Assembly: GCF_963506605.1 (NCBI RefSeq)
Contig: NC_083283.1
Location: 34,658,001-34,722,000 of the forward strand
DNA: 64,000 nucleotides
Reading direction: 5' to 3'
Source: Zootoca vivipara
Taxonomy: Eukaryota
The notes below the pieces were generated by a model. It had not been told where the DNA came from. It ran no database searches and was given only the letters and a program-made list of their open reading frames with translations. Positions 13,440 to 26,868 of the stretch are shown here, piece after piece (within the stretch, counting starts at the first letter, position 1; each line of letters begins with the position of its first letter). The translations under genes were made by a program, and so were the position numbers.

Positions 13440-15542
13440 TGAATGAGTGTGGAGGTGGCTGAAGTAGATACCATTTCCCTTGATGATAGGGCATTCCTGC
13501 ATCATTGTGTGGTCCTTTCCCCCTTTCCGCTCTTCTAGATGTGGCAGCCGTTTTGTGTCACAAAGTACTTTAGAGGTTCCCACTTCAACATATGCTGCCT
13601 CATTCAGACCCCATTTCGCCTTTGACAAACTCAAAACCTCTCCCAGGTACCCTGCCTCATTCAGGAGTTCATCCAAATCTGGCCCACAGCCCTTATAAGT
13701 GGTAACAATTTCTCCTTGAACATGTAGGTGTCCCACCTCTATCCTCCTTTCGAATCCCTCGTCAAATCATCTTTTCTGCAAGACGCTTGGCTTCACAGCT
13801 TCATCCTCGCCCCCAACCGTAAACATGTTTTGTCAGAATGAGGAACTTGTGCTCTGCCAGATGTTGTTGAATGCCAGCTTCCAGCCGGCTTGGCCAATTG
13901 TCAGGCATGATGGGAGTTGTAGTTCAAAGCATGTAGAGGGCCATCAACCCTTCATCCTTGTTCTAAGTACATGCAACATCATTTGTCCACATTCATCCCT
14001 TGCTACACTTTTCTCTGCCTTCCATCCCCTGTTCTCTACTTAAAACTGTAATCTCCTTGGGATCAGGGATCTGTCTATTTTTCTTTTACATTGATGTCAC
14101 TGTCTTCATCAAGTCAGAATGTGAAACAACAAGCAAAAGGAGAACAATTTTACGTCTAACATACTTAATACAATTATGTAAAGACAGCCCTAGAATTGAG
14201 ATAGGATTATTTAATCTGCTTTATAGTACACAGTTAAAGGAAGTTTTTACGTCAGACCTCAGTGAGCAAGGAGGTGGGAGGGTTTGCAGATTTTATTACC
14301 TTTGGGAGGGATGTAAATAGGCTAGATAAAAATATTTCAGCTGTACATACGGTAAACATATATTATATATTATATATATTGTATATATTATAACAATAAA
14401 AATATTATAGTCTTGGTTCTTATTGTCAATTATATGTAAAATAAATAGTTGAAAAGGAATGCATGTGTTTTATAATATACAAAGGCAATGCAAAAATTGA
14501 TAAAATATTAGTTATGTTAATGGAGAATACTGAAACCCTCTCTAACAACCATTCTGCATTTATATTTCCTTATTCCTACATATTAAAAATTGCACTTTTT
14601 CTGTTTGCAAATGATAATTGATCACAGGCTAAAGAGTGCATATTAAATTAAAAACACTACTGAGCTTTTGGAATCAATTTGCATAATCCTGACAATAATT
14701 GTTAAAGGGCAGCAAGAGTGCCATGGACTTAAATCTAGTGTTGTGAACTGCATAAAGAAGGCTCTAATTCATAATGGATAATAAATTGTCAGTTTTCCAG
14801 TGAGCAGAGTTCCACACTGGAGCGGGGAAAACACACCAGAATTCTAAACATAATATGGAGCAGAATGGCCATTGCTGACATCTCTCTATTAACCCCACGT
14901 TGACCAGCTTCTCACTAATCTCAGAGATCTCTGAGCCAACATGTTAATATATGAAAAACATTGCTTTGGAAAACAAGGAATAACTAGTCAGTTGGTCCTG
15001 AGCAGTTTTTGTTTGTGACCATCTATGGCCAAATAAAGTCCATATATTTTGAGCATTTATTTTGTAAGTACTGTATTTATTTTTAAGAGAAAGTGCTTAG
15101 CTGAATCTTGTGGGTTTTTTTTTAAAAAAAGGAAATATGGGTTAGACGCAGACTGTTCGTTGAACTTAGGTCCCATTGAAATCAACTAGACAAATTAGTC
15201 ATGATTTGAGTTCCATCAACTTCTGTGAGAGGCGAGTTCAACTAAGTTTGGATGCAACCCTGAATGCTAAACATCTCATGGTGGATGAATGCAAAATATG
15301 CCTTTTTCAGAATGCAAAATATATTGGTTATAACCTATAAGCCCCTAAATTACTTATGCCACATCCTGTGCACATTTACCTGAGGGTAAGTCCCTTCAAA
15401 CTCAGTGGAGCCTACTTCTGAGTAGGCACACCTAGGATTGCACTTTAACCATATATCATACATATCACTTCTGCTGGTGGGTCTCATTAGAATCTCAAAG
15501 ATCGACTTAAGGGTATCCTAAGGGTATCCTAAATGGCCTTGG

Positions 15543-15898
15543 TCCAGTATACCTGAAGGAGCGTCTCCTCCCCCATCATTCTGCCCGGACACTGAGATCC
15601 AGCGCCGAGGGCCTTCTGGCGGTTCCCTCGCTACGAGAAGCCAAGTTACAGGGAACCAGGCAGAGGGCCTTCTCGGTAGTGGCGCCCACCCTGTGGAATG
15701 CCCTCCCACCAGAGGTCAAAGAGAATAACAACTACCAGACCTTTAGAAGGCATCTTAAGGCAGCCCTGTTTAGGGAAGCTTTTAATGTTTGATGGATTTC
15801 TGTATTTTAATATTTTGTTGGAAGCCGCCCAGAGTGGCTGGGGGAACCCGGCCAGATGGGCGGGGTATAAATAATAAATTATTATTATTATTATTATA
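15543..15898 (+). mobile_element. Young L2 LINE 3' end with (TTA)n tail
   Basis: YLKERL...RAFSVVAPTLWNALP coding tail, then GCCGCCCAGAGTGGCTG...GGCGGGGTATAAAT and (TTA)n; CpGs retained. Confidence 0.9.
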
Positions 15899-16089
15899 TT
15901 AATGGTGTCACCTATGCATCAAGTTCAGTCAGCAGGGAACTGTTTCCCAGTTATGAAATGTCATCCCACTGTAGACATAGAAGTCCAGACTTTGCTGCAT
16001 GGGCCAAACTAGACATGACTGTGGGAGAACCATGATCAGATTGCGCAGATTCTTTTGTCTGTGTTTGTGGTTCAGAGTTATTTATCTGA

Positions 16090-16360
16090 ATCTACTGCTC
16101 TCATTTAACCTCAAGGTTCCAGGGTGTGTTGCATACAAATCAATTAAACAAATTAAGTGAAATCGTAATTAACAACTTTGGCAACACTCCCCCACTGAAG
16201 AAGGCAGGACAACAGCAATATTTTATAGTACTCCACCCCAAAAGAGGTGCATTGTGACTTGCCAAAAGAAAATGTATAACAAAAGCATATGAGATGCACC
16301 TCAGAGGGGAAGGAGTTCCATAGCGTGGGGGCCAACACAGAGAAGGCTCAGTCAGCAGCC
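16090..16360 (-). mobile_element. Old L2 3' fragment
   Basis: ORF track LAPTLWNSFPSEV matches the L2 C-terminal motif. Confidence 0.65.
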
Positions 16361-16458
16361 ATGGTGCTGGTTTTTAAATCTTTCTCCATGCCATTTTGCA
16401 ACTCTGAATTGACCCCTACTTTTAGCCTTTAAATCTTTTTTTGCACAGAGAACCCTTA

Positions 16459-16708
16459 CAAGTTGTACCTTGGTCTTCAAACCGCTTCATTCTCAAACAT
16501 TTTGGCTCCCGAATACCGCAAACTTGGAAGTGACTGTTCTGGTATGTGAACTATTTTTGGAAGCTGAGCATCTGACGGAGCTTTGCGGCTTCCAATTGGC
16601 TGCAGGAGCTTCCTACAGCCAATCGGAAGCTGTGCTTTAGTTTCCGAATGTTTTGGAAGTCAAACGGACTTCTTGGAGGGATTCCCTTAGACTTCCAAGG
16701 TATGACTG
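16459..16708. mobile_element. Tc1/mariner MITE (degenerate left end)
   Basis: GTACCTTGG...CCAAGGTATGACTG followed by TA. Confidence 0.7.
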
Positions 16709-17055
16709 TACCTACAAAGTACCTTTACATTTTTCTCCATGGGCAAAGAGCACTTACTTGGGGAGCACTTACTTGAGAACAGGAAAATGGTATAAGAGAA
16801 GAACTTAACTAGCAACCCCTTCCCAGAACCATAGCTCCTTATACAACCTTGAGAAGAGGTAGTGGCTTCCTTTACTATTTTATTTTTAAAGCGCAGGAGA
16901 TACAATCACAGTTCCTTCAGTGACACAGCTCTTCCTGATGGCTTTTGGGCCTCTGGTTAAGCTGGGAAATTGGGGATGGGATATCAATAATGGTGGGGGA
17001 ATGTCAGTGAGTTTAAGAACATAAGAAGGGCCTGTTGGATCAGGTCCATCTAGTC

Positions 17056-17191
17056 CAGGCACCCCCAAACTGCGGCCCTCCAGATGTTTTGGCCTACAAC
17101 TCCCATGATCCCTAGCTAAGAGGACCAGTGGTCAGGGATGATGGGAATTGTAGTCCAAAACATCTGGAGGGCCGAAGTTTGGGGATGCCTG
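17056..17191. mobile_element. 136-bp hAT MITE (copy 1), inside a CR1-type tail remnant
   Basis: TIRs CAGGCACCCCCAAACT / AGTTTGGGGATGCCTG; exact 8-bp TSD ATCTAGTC. Confidence 0.95.
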
Positions 17192-18432
17192 ATCTAGTCC
17201 AACAAGCAGCAAATTTCATTTCATTTCATCGCTACTTGCCACAAGCTTACAGGATGGGTCATGCTATAAATCTAAAATAGTACTTCTTTTAAAAAAGGGG
17301 TTTATTTTATTTTTAAGAATGCAGTCACAGGATACATGCTCTTAAAGTTGTGCTCAGCATTTTCCTTGCAGTAATTGCTAATATTTTGAAGGGAGTGGAA
17401 AGCCTGACAAAATGCAACGTTAAGGACTGGGAGTGGGAAAGCTAGGGTGGTAACAACAGGAATTGTTGTCATTTACCTTGACTGGAGAAGGCTTTGTTGC
17501 TGGCCTGAAAAAGCTGACAGGGCGCTTAATCTGACTGTGTAATAATTGGAAGTGACATGCCCTATTGGGCTGGGATGAGCATTTGGTTTATATAGGACAG
17601 CACTAAACCAGACCTTAGAACGGGAACTCAAAATGGCTTTTGTACAGCGTAGGATTATGTCTTGATGCTTTGTATCTTTGGAGATTGAATAATTATCAGC
17701 CTCCATACTAAAACCTGCTAAATGTGATCAGTGCCATAATATGCTCAGGAGGGATGCCACAGTTAAAATACACATGCAAGAAACTTAAAATACTGTAGTG
17801 TTGCCACTGACACTAAGTAAAATGCCACCACATAACAGAACATTTGACTGCCAAGGTTTTGTTTCTCTCTTCTGACCGACTGTGCCAACTTTTTTTTAAG
17901 ACACCAAGATCTTAAGTGGAGGGGTGGGAGAGGGATTTGAAGGGAGACATTTCAAATGACTACGGAATGTAGCCTGTTGTCTCATGACTGGATGAAATGT
18001 GTTCTGATAGCTAAATGTGATTAGCAAACTCTTTGGAATACACTGTCACAATGCCACATTCATCTTTGGTGCTTATTAATGTTTTCTTTTCTGAGGGAAA
18101 TACATGTATGTTGCTGGTAAAATGAGAATGTTTTTATGAGCTGGAACTGGCTGACCTAGATTTCAGTCTGAGCATCAGATTTTTCAGAAGCTGAATGTGG
18201 CTTACTTACTGCATTGCCACACATTTTCAAGAAAGGCTGGTGTAACTGTGACTCTGCCTATCAGCCATGACATACATCATGAAATGAACCAGCTAGGGAG
18301 CTAAATTGATTTGGGTACAAAACTGGGTCTGGTTGCAGATTCAACAGAGATGTTCCGGTAATGGTTTCAGCTTGTCTTTGACTTTGGGGAAATAAAGTTA
18401 TTTAATATTTATTTATTAAATATATTTATATC

Positions 18433-18792
18433 CAGGGGTCCCCAAACTAAGGCTCGGGGGCCGGATGCAGCCTGCGTGAGCCAATTGTGCGGCCCCTGCC
18501 GACCGCTCTTACCGGCGTGCCGCGGTGCGGTTGCCCATCTCCGGGTCGGCACGGCGCCAGAAATAGCTTGGGTGCATGTGCACAAGTTATTTCTGGCGCC
18601 GCGCTGACCCAGAAGTGCACCGGAAATGACGTCTGCACATGCGCAGAAGCCATTTCCGGTGACGCCGCGCGCCAGAAAAAACAAGTGTGCACGCGTATGG
18701 GAGCGCGTTCCCCCGCCCTCCAGCCCTCCAGCCCACTGCGCGATTGGCGCTGGAGGAACTGGCCTAAAGCCAGGTAAGCTTGGGGACCCCTG
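18433..18792. mobile_element. GC-rich hAT MITE
   Basis: TIRs CAGGGGTCCCCAA / TTGGGGACCCCTG; exact 8-bp TSD TTTATATC. Confidence 0.95.
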
Positions 18793-18800
18793 TTTATATC

Positions 18801-19295
18801 CCTCCTCTCTCCAAAGTTGGGATCCAAGGCAGCTTGCAACATTTAAAAAAAGATCAATGATAAAATACAGGGTAATAAAAACAAACTACCTGTAGTTAAA
18901 AACAATATTTAAAATACATCACACCATTTAAAAGCAGCAATTAAAATATGATTTGCCATGACAGCAGCCCAGTGATCAGCATTCGTTTTCAAAGTCCTGT
19001 TTGAATAGGAAAGTACAGTATTAGCCGGTTGGCGGAAGGATAACAAAGAGGGAGCCAATCTAACCTCTCTCAGGAGGAAATTCCACGATATGGGAGCAGC
19101 GACAGAACTGGCTCTCTCTCACATCACTACAAACTGTGTGTCTGTTACAGAACTGAAAGAACGTGCTCACCTGAGGATCTTAGTACCCAGGCAAGTTTGC
19201 ATATGGAAGTACAATCTTTAATGTAACCAAGGCCCAAGTCATATAGGGATTCATAGGTCATAACCATGACTTGGAATTGTACCTAGAAATGAACC
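18801..19295 (-). mobile_element. Old L2-like LINE 3' fragment (its tail is interrupted by the 18433 MITE)
   Basis: AT-rich tail at ~18400-18432 continues after the MITE into L2-like sequence (GAAATTCCACGATATGGGAGC, reverse of the AP.LWN motif). Confidence 0.6.
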
Positions 19296-20639
19296 TATGA
19301 AGCTTTTTCTTTTTCCTTAACAGGGGAGTAACACAACAAACAAACAAACAAACAAAAACCGTTTATTGTGAGGACCATGCCTGTACACAAATATAGTAAC
19401 ACACTTCCTGTCATATTCAGCCCTATCTTCATTTCAGGTTCCTTTAACTCTCCGATTTCAATTATATAAGTATTTATTCTAGTTAGAAAAAAGTATAAAC
19501 TCCTTAATAAAAATATATATTCCAAATTGGGGTACATAAAAGCAGTGTAAAACAAGTTTCAGTAATAAACAAATAAAATCAGCAAAGTTTATTAAAAAAG
19601 AATACATAACTAGGTGATATGGCCCCGTAGGCTTGCTGAAACAGAAATGATTCAGCAGACATTTGAAAAAGTATAATGAGACTGCATGCCTAGTGTTAAT
19701 TCTGAAAATTTTGTTATTTCACAAAATGATGTATTTCTAGATCCAACTTTATTTCATCAATGAAGTACTATATCAGACTTAAATAAATAAATAAATAAAT
19801 AAATATCATAACTAGGCTTACCAGAACTTTAACAGAGAGCTTTCTAGTGTTCATTTGTTGAGAGAGCACCTGACAGGGTAGAGTGGGTAACCAAGCTTTG
19901 AAGGATTTTGTTTCCCACTTGCTTTTAAGGGAATACTATATTCAGAATATGAGAATTCATGAGCAGAAAAGTTAGCCATTTGTTTCCTCTCACAGTTATG
20001 TAACTTTAGAAAGGGCACCTGTAAAAATTGACATTTCTCTCTCTTGTTGTTTGTTTCACATATTGAACTCTTGGTGAATATAACTGAGACCAATGACATT
20101 AAGGGATGAGCAGCGACCAGTTTAAAATTACCCAGTTCACAGGTGGTGCTTTTATTGATAAGCAGATCACTTAAAGTCATTTAAAGAGTACAAAACCTAG
20201 GTGAATTTTGAATGTTTAGCGTGCAGAAAGTTGGTTTTTGAATCAACTTTCTATGCACACACACGTGCAGAGAGGTTTGTATGTATGTCAGTACATGTTT
20301 GTAAGAAAATGGGGGAAGAGGGGCAATCTCAATATAGGGGAATCTTGTGAACCATGCTCAACACTCATGTAAGTAACCCATGGTCTACAGACTGACTGCA
20401 GCCTTTGCTTACCCTCCATGGCCTTTTAACAGTCATTGTCATCGCTGCCGATTTTACTGTCATTGCCAATTTTATGGCTGATTTTGCCTATCCCACCATT
20501 GTCCCCCATGCCACTGCTTGCCAGTGCTGATTCCAAGCCCACATTCCCAGCATGTTTGCACTTTTATCTCAGTGATGTCTATGCTAGCTTGGTCATGGAC
20601 AAGGAAATGAAGATGGCAGGATCCCCAATGATGTGCTTT

Positions 20640-21052
20640 ACGGGTAGCTGGCCTCAGGCACCAGGCCGGTTGGCACACCAAATCTGCATTATAAAAATGT
20701 CTGCAAATGTGACATGAAGGCTGGCAACATTAACTCCATCACATGGGAATCCCTTGCAGATGACCACAGTCTGCTGGGAGAAAGTCAGGCTGGGTATCCA
20801 CAGCAATGACCAGAGGAGAAATGACTGCTGGGAATAGCACAAAGAGAAGAAACGCTATGGTGCATCTACACCAGTGAAACCGGACACCTTCATTTGCCTT
20901 AGCTGCAGTACAGCATCCCTCTCTCATATTGGTCTCTACAGCCACAGCAGGCACTGTAACTCTCCAACAGTTTGTTGGCACACTCTGCAATTGATTTCAC
21001 CACCAATGGCACACTCTTCCATTGTCTCTGCAGACAGACAGATGCCAATAAT
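20640..21052 (+). mobile_element. RTE-clade LINE 3' end
   Basis: LHYKNVCKCDMKAGNI..WESLADD and C-terminal zinc-knuckle remnant FICLSC...SHIGLYSHSRHC. Confidence 0.8.
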
Positions 21053-23657
21053 ATTGTTTCTCCACCATCACTTCTGCTTTGCCGTTTCAATCCTTTTTAT
21101 TTTGTCCTCTTTACCCACCTTAGAACTGCTGCTTAAATGAAAGTTCAGAGATCACTGAACACAATGGGATTGGGATTTGATCTCTGGTGCCCTGTAATTG
21201 CCACTGATGACCTACTCCATGCAAACATTCGTGCAAAGTTCAGAATTTGTCTCTTTGTGTGTATATTACCTTTATGCAAAATAAAAAAAATAAAAAATGT
21301 CACTTGACTTTGCTCAGCTCTTTATTTGATCCCAAAGTATTTTTTTATTTTATTTTGACATTTACTATCATTTTTTCCCAATTTGCTGTTTAGAAGCAAC
21401 CTTTAACGTATTTCAGATAGAGCTATTTAATATCGCCCATTGTAATTCTCCAGCTTCATCATAATCTATTTTTCTAAGGAGGTCACCTTTAGCACAGGAT
21501 GAGATTAATGTATTTTATTAACAATCTATCCTTTTTATGAGGTTGTCTAATTTGAAGCCGAGAAAAGACAAATTCAGGTGGCCTTATTTAATCCTTAAGA
21601 ACCACCTTTTCACAATCCTATGTGGCATGGAAAACAAAATTGGTTGGTTTTTTAAATTACAAAATAGCATGATCTCCAAAGTGTCTTTTGTTCTGCATAT
21701 TTTGTCATTTCCATTAGTTATTTTCTGTAAAATACATCTTATCTGCCCTGATATTCTGGTCTGTAGTTGCAGTCAGTGCAGTATCTGTTATTTCATAGAA
21801 TAACATTTTAAAGAGTTTATGTAAAATTAAAATGTAGTTTATAAGAGCCATTTTAGGAAAAGAAGCAATTCAAGATTCCTTAGCTCAAGCTTCCTGTTAA
21901 TCTTCTCCCTTTGTTTTGTTTACATATAAAACCCCAATGTGATTATATTTGTTGCTTGAAGTGCTATAAAGTGCTTGGATATGAAGGGAAAGGAGTTGGT
22001 TTGCCCTTTTGTACACAAACACATCACAATGTTTATTCAATTTCAGTTTAATCTTTTAGCCAGCAATAAGAATATAAAAGACTGATCCATGGGACTTTTG
22101 TTTAGACCAAACCCTAAAGTTGTATATATATATATTAATTTAATCTGACAGAAGGTTTATTTCTGGTCTGCTCTGACAGTGGGGTGATAGGTTTCTATCA
22201 CATTGCCTAATTAATACCTTTAATCTTTTTTAATGGTTAAACTGTCTTCCTTTGGTTGCAAGGCGGACTAGAGATAAAGGCACACAAGACTAGAGGTTAA
22301 TCCTTGCATTTTACTTCTTAATTTCTGCAATAGGGATTCCCTTCCTTCTTTTGCCTGTTTATTTGAGACTTTCTTCAGATGCTGGCAGAAAAAGACAACA
22401 GGAAGTTTCTTTAGCCCTATCATTCAAGATTAGGCAAACACTGAAACCAGGGGAGATAGAATATCAAGTTATTAGGGAGCTGTGTGAATGGGCCACATAA
22501 TTTCCATATCTGTTTAGGGTGGTTGTTTTTTAAAGATGCAAATGAAATGTTTATTTTGTGAGCTCTACTTTGTGGCAGGGAGCCTTTTGTGTTCATTCTT
22601 ACAATGCAATATAAACTAAAAGTATAATAACTCTGGGGGGTGACCCCCATATATTTTCACCACAACATAGTAAATCCAATAATATGGTAAAGGATTAGAA
22701 AACAACATTATTTTCAATTGCCTTATTGAGCGAGCTCCTAGCAATAGGCCCCAATGTCTGTGGTGAGGGGAGGGGTGTTGCAGGGCAGGGGGAAATGTTG
22801 ATCAGCCATCTCCCACACCACATATGGGGGGGATGTGGTCGTGGGGGTCAGGAGAACATCCCAGGTGGCGCAATCTGTCTGAGATATCTCATGGTGACAA
22901 GTCAAAGCTGAGAGTAAAAGAAGTCTGGAATCTCATAAGATCCAGGATTTTTTTTGTTCTTACAAAATTTCTAAACAAGACTTGGGAAAAGTTTGTATAA
23001 GCTCTTGCCCCACATTGCTCATCCTCATTCACTCAAAGTAATGAGTGGGCACCACTCCTTTACGAAGTGATGCCCCCTGGACTTCAAGACCGTTGCCTGT
23101 CTCTTGCCCACCCAAATATAACATGCCTTCTCCTAATCCCTCTAAAGAGAATGGCGGCTTTATTATGAGAGCAGTATAAAACCACAGAAAGAGACTAAGT
23201 GGCACTTGCTGGGTATGCTTAGAATTAAAACCCATATAGAGGGTTATATTTAACAGAACAACTTTCTTCTCTGAAAGGAGGGGGGACACAAAAGAAATTA
23301 TTTAATCTGCAACAACTCTAAGAATTTTTCTCAAGGAGGGATACAGTACTTTAAGGATACTGAAAATTGCCATTGAAAGAATTTATAGATAAAAAAAACA
23401 CCCCACTCTTTCTAGATTTCCCCCTTTTAGAACTGTCAAACTAAGTGGTAGGCTTGTAAGCTTATGGCAAACAAAGGGAACTAGAAATGTGAAGAAATGA
23501 TATAAAAATGCAGAACAAAGTTTTAAAGTTGTTTTAAAGTGATTCCTTGGAGGAAATGAAATTGAATATTTGCAGCATGTACTCTTCTGCTGACACCAAA
23601 CTTGATGGTGTTTTGGTGGAGAGTTATCCCCTCTTGAAATAATACATAGAATCTTCT

Positions 23658-23966
23658 TATTTCTTTCTTTCTTTCTTCTCTGGCGATTACTCATAGCCGA
23701 GTAAGATTGTCTTCCATAAACTCGGTTTTAACAATGAATCTGTGACTGTGGAGGCCATTTCTGGAACCACATGTCCTTCCACAGTGGGGACATTGCTTCC
23801 CAGGCAGGAGTTGATCACGGGGTGGATTTGCCAAGCGTGCTTTCTCCTAGCATGTTTCTCCCTTGCATCCTGAGTTTGAGTGTCTTCAAAGCCCATGACA
23901 CCTTTGGTAAAGGCTGTTCTCTAACTTGAGTGCTCACAGGCCAGTGTTTCCCAGTTGTCTATGTTG
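23658..23966 (-). mobile_element. RTE-clade LINE 3' end (second family)
   Basis: NIDNWETLACE...MGFEDTQTQDAREK...CPHCGRTCGSR-like coding remnant and (GAAA)n tail. Confidence 0.8.
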
Positions 23967-24484
23967 TAGCAACTCAGAGCCATAGAAACTGGTTTGATAA
24001 AGTACATATATAAATACTGAATACTATTGAAGCTATCCTTAGTATGTTTTTACATGGAGTTGAGATTGCCATGCTTCTTGTCACCACAAAACCACAATGA
24101 GATTTCTTATTTCAAATAGTTGTGAGATAAGTGTTTGAAGCCCACAAAATTAGCTGAGACGAATCACTCCTCACCCTTTCAGCACGCCATTCATGTACGA
24201 GGGACTCTGGGATAAATTAGTGAATTAAAAACAAACATGTTGATGTGATTAATGAGGCATGAAGAGCAGAAAGGACCACAACTATGAGAAGCAAATTGAT
24301 TGTATTGATTTGATAGACATAAACAATAAATATCTCAACAAAACAAAAGTTGAGTAGGAAGCAGCCACTTCCAATAGCACTATCACCCCTTATCTACTTT
24401 ATACAGAGAAATAGATACATACATACGTATGTAGAAGATAAACATATTTTTATACAATATTACTTAAATTTTACTGTTCTGTAA

Positions 24485-24910
24485 AGAGCCAGTTTGGTGT
24501 AACAGTTAGAGCAGAACTTTCCAAATTTTGTGTCATGCCACGTTAGTGTGTCGGTTGCAGTGTGTAAGTGTGATCACATGAATGCTCCCTGTACTCCTCC
24601 TGGGGTTGGAAAGGGGTTAGTTTAACCTTCAGTTTGCTAGTAGAATTGAATTATTGTGCCACGGAATGATGCATGTCTAAAAAGTGTGTCGCCAACATGA
24701 AAAGTTTGGAAAGCTATGAGTTAGAGTGTTGGAGTGGGAGCCCAGGGTTCGAATCCCCACTCAGCCAAGAAGCTCACTGGGTGATTTTGGGCCAGTCTTT
24801 TAGCCTAGCCTACCTCACAGGGTTCTTGTGAGAATAAAATAACGAAGGGAGAACCATGTACTCCACCTTGCAATCTTTTGAGGAATAGGTGTTATATAAG
24901 TGTAATAAAG
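24485..24910 (+). mobile_element. tRNA-derived SINE (MIR/Squam2-like) interrupted by a hAT MITE
   Basis: A-box-like TGGTGTAACAGTTAG, B-box GGTTCGAATCC, core CCTACCTCACAGGGTT. Confidence 0.75.
24512..24718. mobile_element. hAT MITE
   Basis: CAGAACTTTCCAAA / TTTGGAAAGCTATG ends; exact 8-bp TSD AGTTAGAG. Confidence 0.85.
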
Positions 24911-26784
24911 AAAATAAAAAGAAGGTGTTTGGATGAAAGATAGCCACTGCAGCTTTTAAAGAAAGAGAAGGTGAAGGGAATTAAGACCAATTATTTGATG
25001 CTTTGTTCTTGTTGTTTTTTAAAAACTTTGGAAAAAATTATGAATGCAGCAAGATTTTCCAATATCATTCAAGCATCATTTAGATATGTGCTTTCCCCAG
25101 ATACTTGTTTTAGAGGACACTGGTGGGTTGTGGGCTACAAGATGGGGAGCCAGGCTATTTGCATATCTATTTGCATCTTGCCAGATAGATACTATCTTGT
25201 TCCAGGCTGGGCCCCATAGGTGGTACTGGTGAAGCTCAGCAAGAGTCCAGGGTGTTCAGAAGCACCACAATCTGCTCACTGTAGAGATGGGTGCTGTCAG
25301 GCTGGATACATGGCACCAAAGACCTAGGATATTGCAACAATGGAATACCTGAAGACAGTCTAGGGTTTAAGTAGCCCTGTTACCAGGTTGGTGTTTCCAG
25401 CTCTGCCCTCTCTGAAGAAATTGCTGGTGTTTAAAGAGGGAATGACCCTATTACAGAGGCAACGGCTGTGGTGGGTACAGGGAGTCCCCTGCTGCTCCTG
25501 GAGGTGGTGGCACAGAGTTGCCCTCTTTCAGTGCAGTAAGTTCTGAGAAGTCCTCAGGTTCAAAGGAGGGAGACAGTGTACAGGCAAGTGACCAGACCAT
25601 GTGTAACCAATGACCAGGTATGAGCTGGGCTTCAAGGCAAGGCTGCGTGGCAATCAGTCAGATCAGTTCTCAGTGGGGTGTTCATCTTGACCAGTCAGAA
25701 TCTGCTGCTTGGGAAGCAATTCCTAAACTGGGGCTGAGCACCTAGTCAGTAGCTCTGTACAGGATGGTTTAAACACATCTATCACCACCAGCATTGTCCC
25801 AGGTCTACACTAGTATGCCATTATTTTATTCATGCTCCTTTCACTGTTGTCATATTTGAATTGCTCATCCTTCCCCACTCCAGATATTCCATATGTGGAT
25901 AAGTAGGCATAGTTCTCTGGACTGTAGACGGTAGCAAACATCACCAGGGATAATGACGTCAATGGCAGAGGCAATATGTAAAAATTAGTATGTGATACTA
26001 AGGAATACCACTGAGCCATCACAATTTATGTAATACTGTTTGATCTTTCTGTTTGCTTGCTTCCAGAGTTTTTAAACTTGGAGCAGCCCTCTGCAAAATT
26101 TTAAGACGATTCTGTGGTTTGCATGAGGCCCTGTGGGTAGGAAAGGTTGCTAAGGAGAAACTTTTTATTTGTATGCAGCTGAGAAGTGGCTGCATGTGCA
26201 GTTTTAAGCTAATGAATAACTTGTTAAGCACACCTGTCCAAGTGGACCTGCTCCCACTGGGAAGTCTGCTTCCATTCTACAATTCATCTCCTTATCCAAG
26301 GGAAGTTGGAGTAAGACTATCATTCCAGGCTCTGAAAACTAACAGCTTGAACTATAATGGACCAGCTAATTGAGCTAAATCAACTATCAAGTACACTCTG
26401 CAGTCCAGTCAATACACATTTACTTCTGAGAACCAGTGGCAAAAGCAGAGCAGATAATTATCCCAATTATACCGGTAGTACAAACAGGAAGAAGGGTCCT
26501 CTCTCCATCTAAACTTCATAGAAATAGTTGCTGTTATTATAGCATTCAAGTAGCCCAGAAACTTGGTGGTACTTCTGGTGAGATGATTGACCAGGAAAAT
26601 GCCACGGTCTGTAAGAAATTCAAAACAAGACTAGCGCTGCTATTGTTTTTATCTTGCCATCACCTCGCTAGCAACGGAGTGAATTTTGGTAAGCCACATC
26701 TTCACCCATCCCTGAGATAAATGGCTATTAAGTGGTTAATACTGCCACACTGAACCTATTTATTAACCAACAATATTGTTCCCA

Positions 26785-26868
26785 ATAGCACAGGCAAGTA
26801 ATGATAGCACAGGCAAGTAATGATTATAGCACAGGCAAGTAATGATTATAGCACAGGCAAGTAATGAT
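26785..26868. repeat. Minisatellite, 4 x ATAGCACAGGCAAGTAATG(ATT)
   Basis: Four tandem units of 19-22 bp with identical core. Confidence 0.95.

Noticed and set aside
26785-26868. Short direct-repeat array that could be taken for CRISPR
   Set aside because: No unique spacers, eukaryotic context, no cas genes
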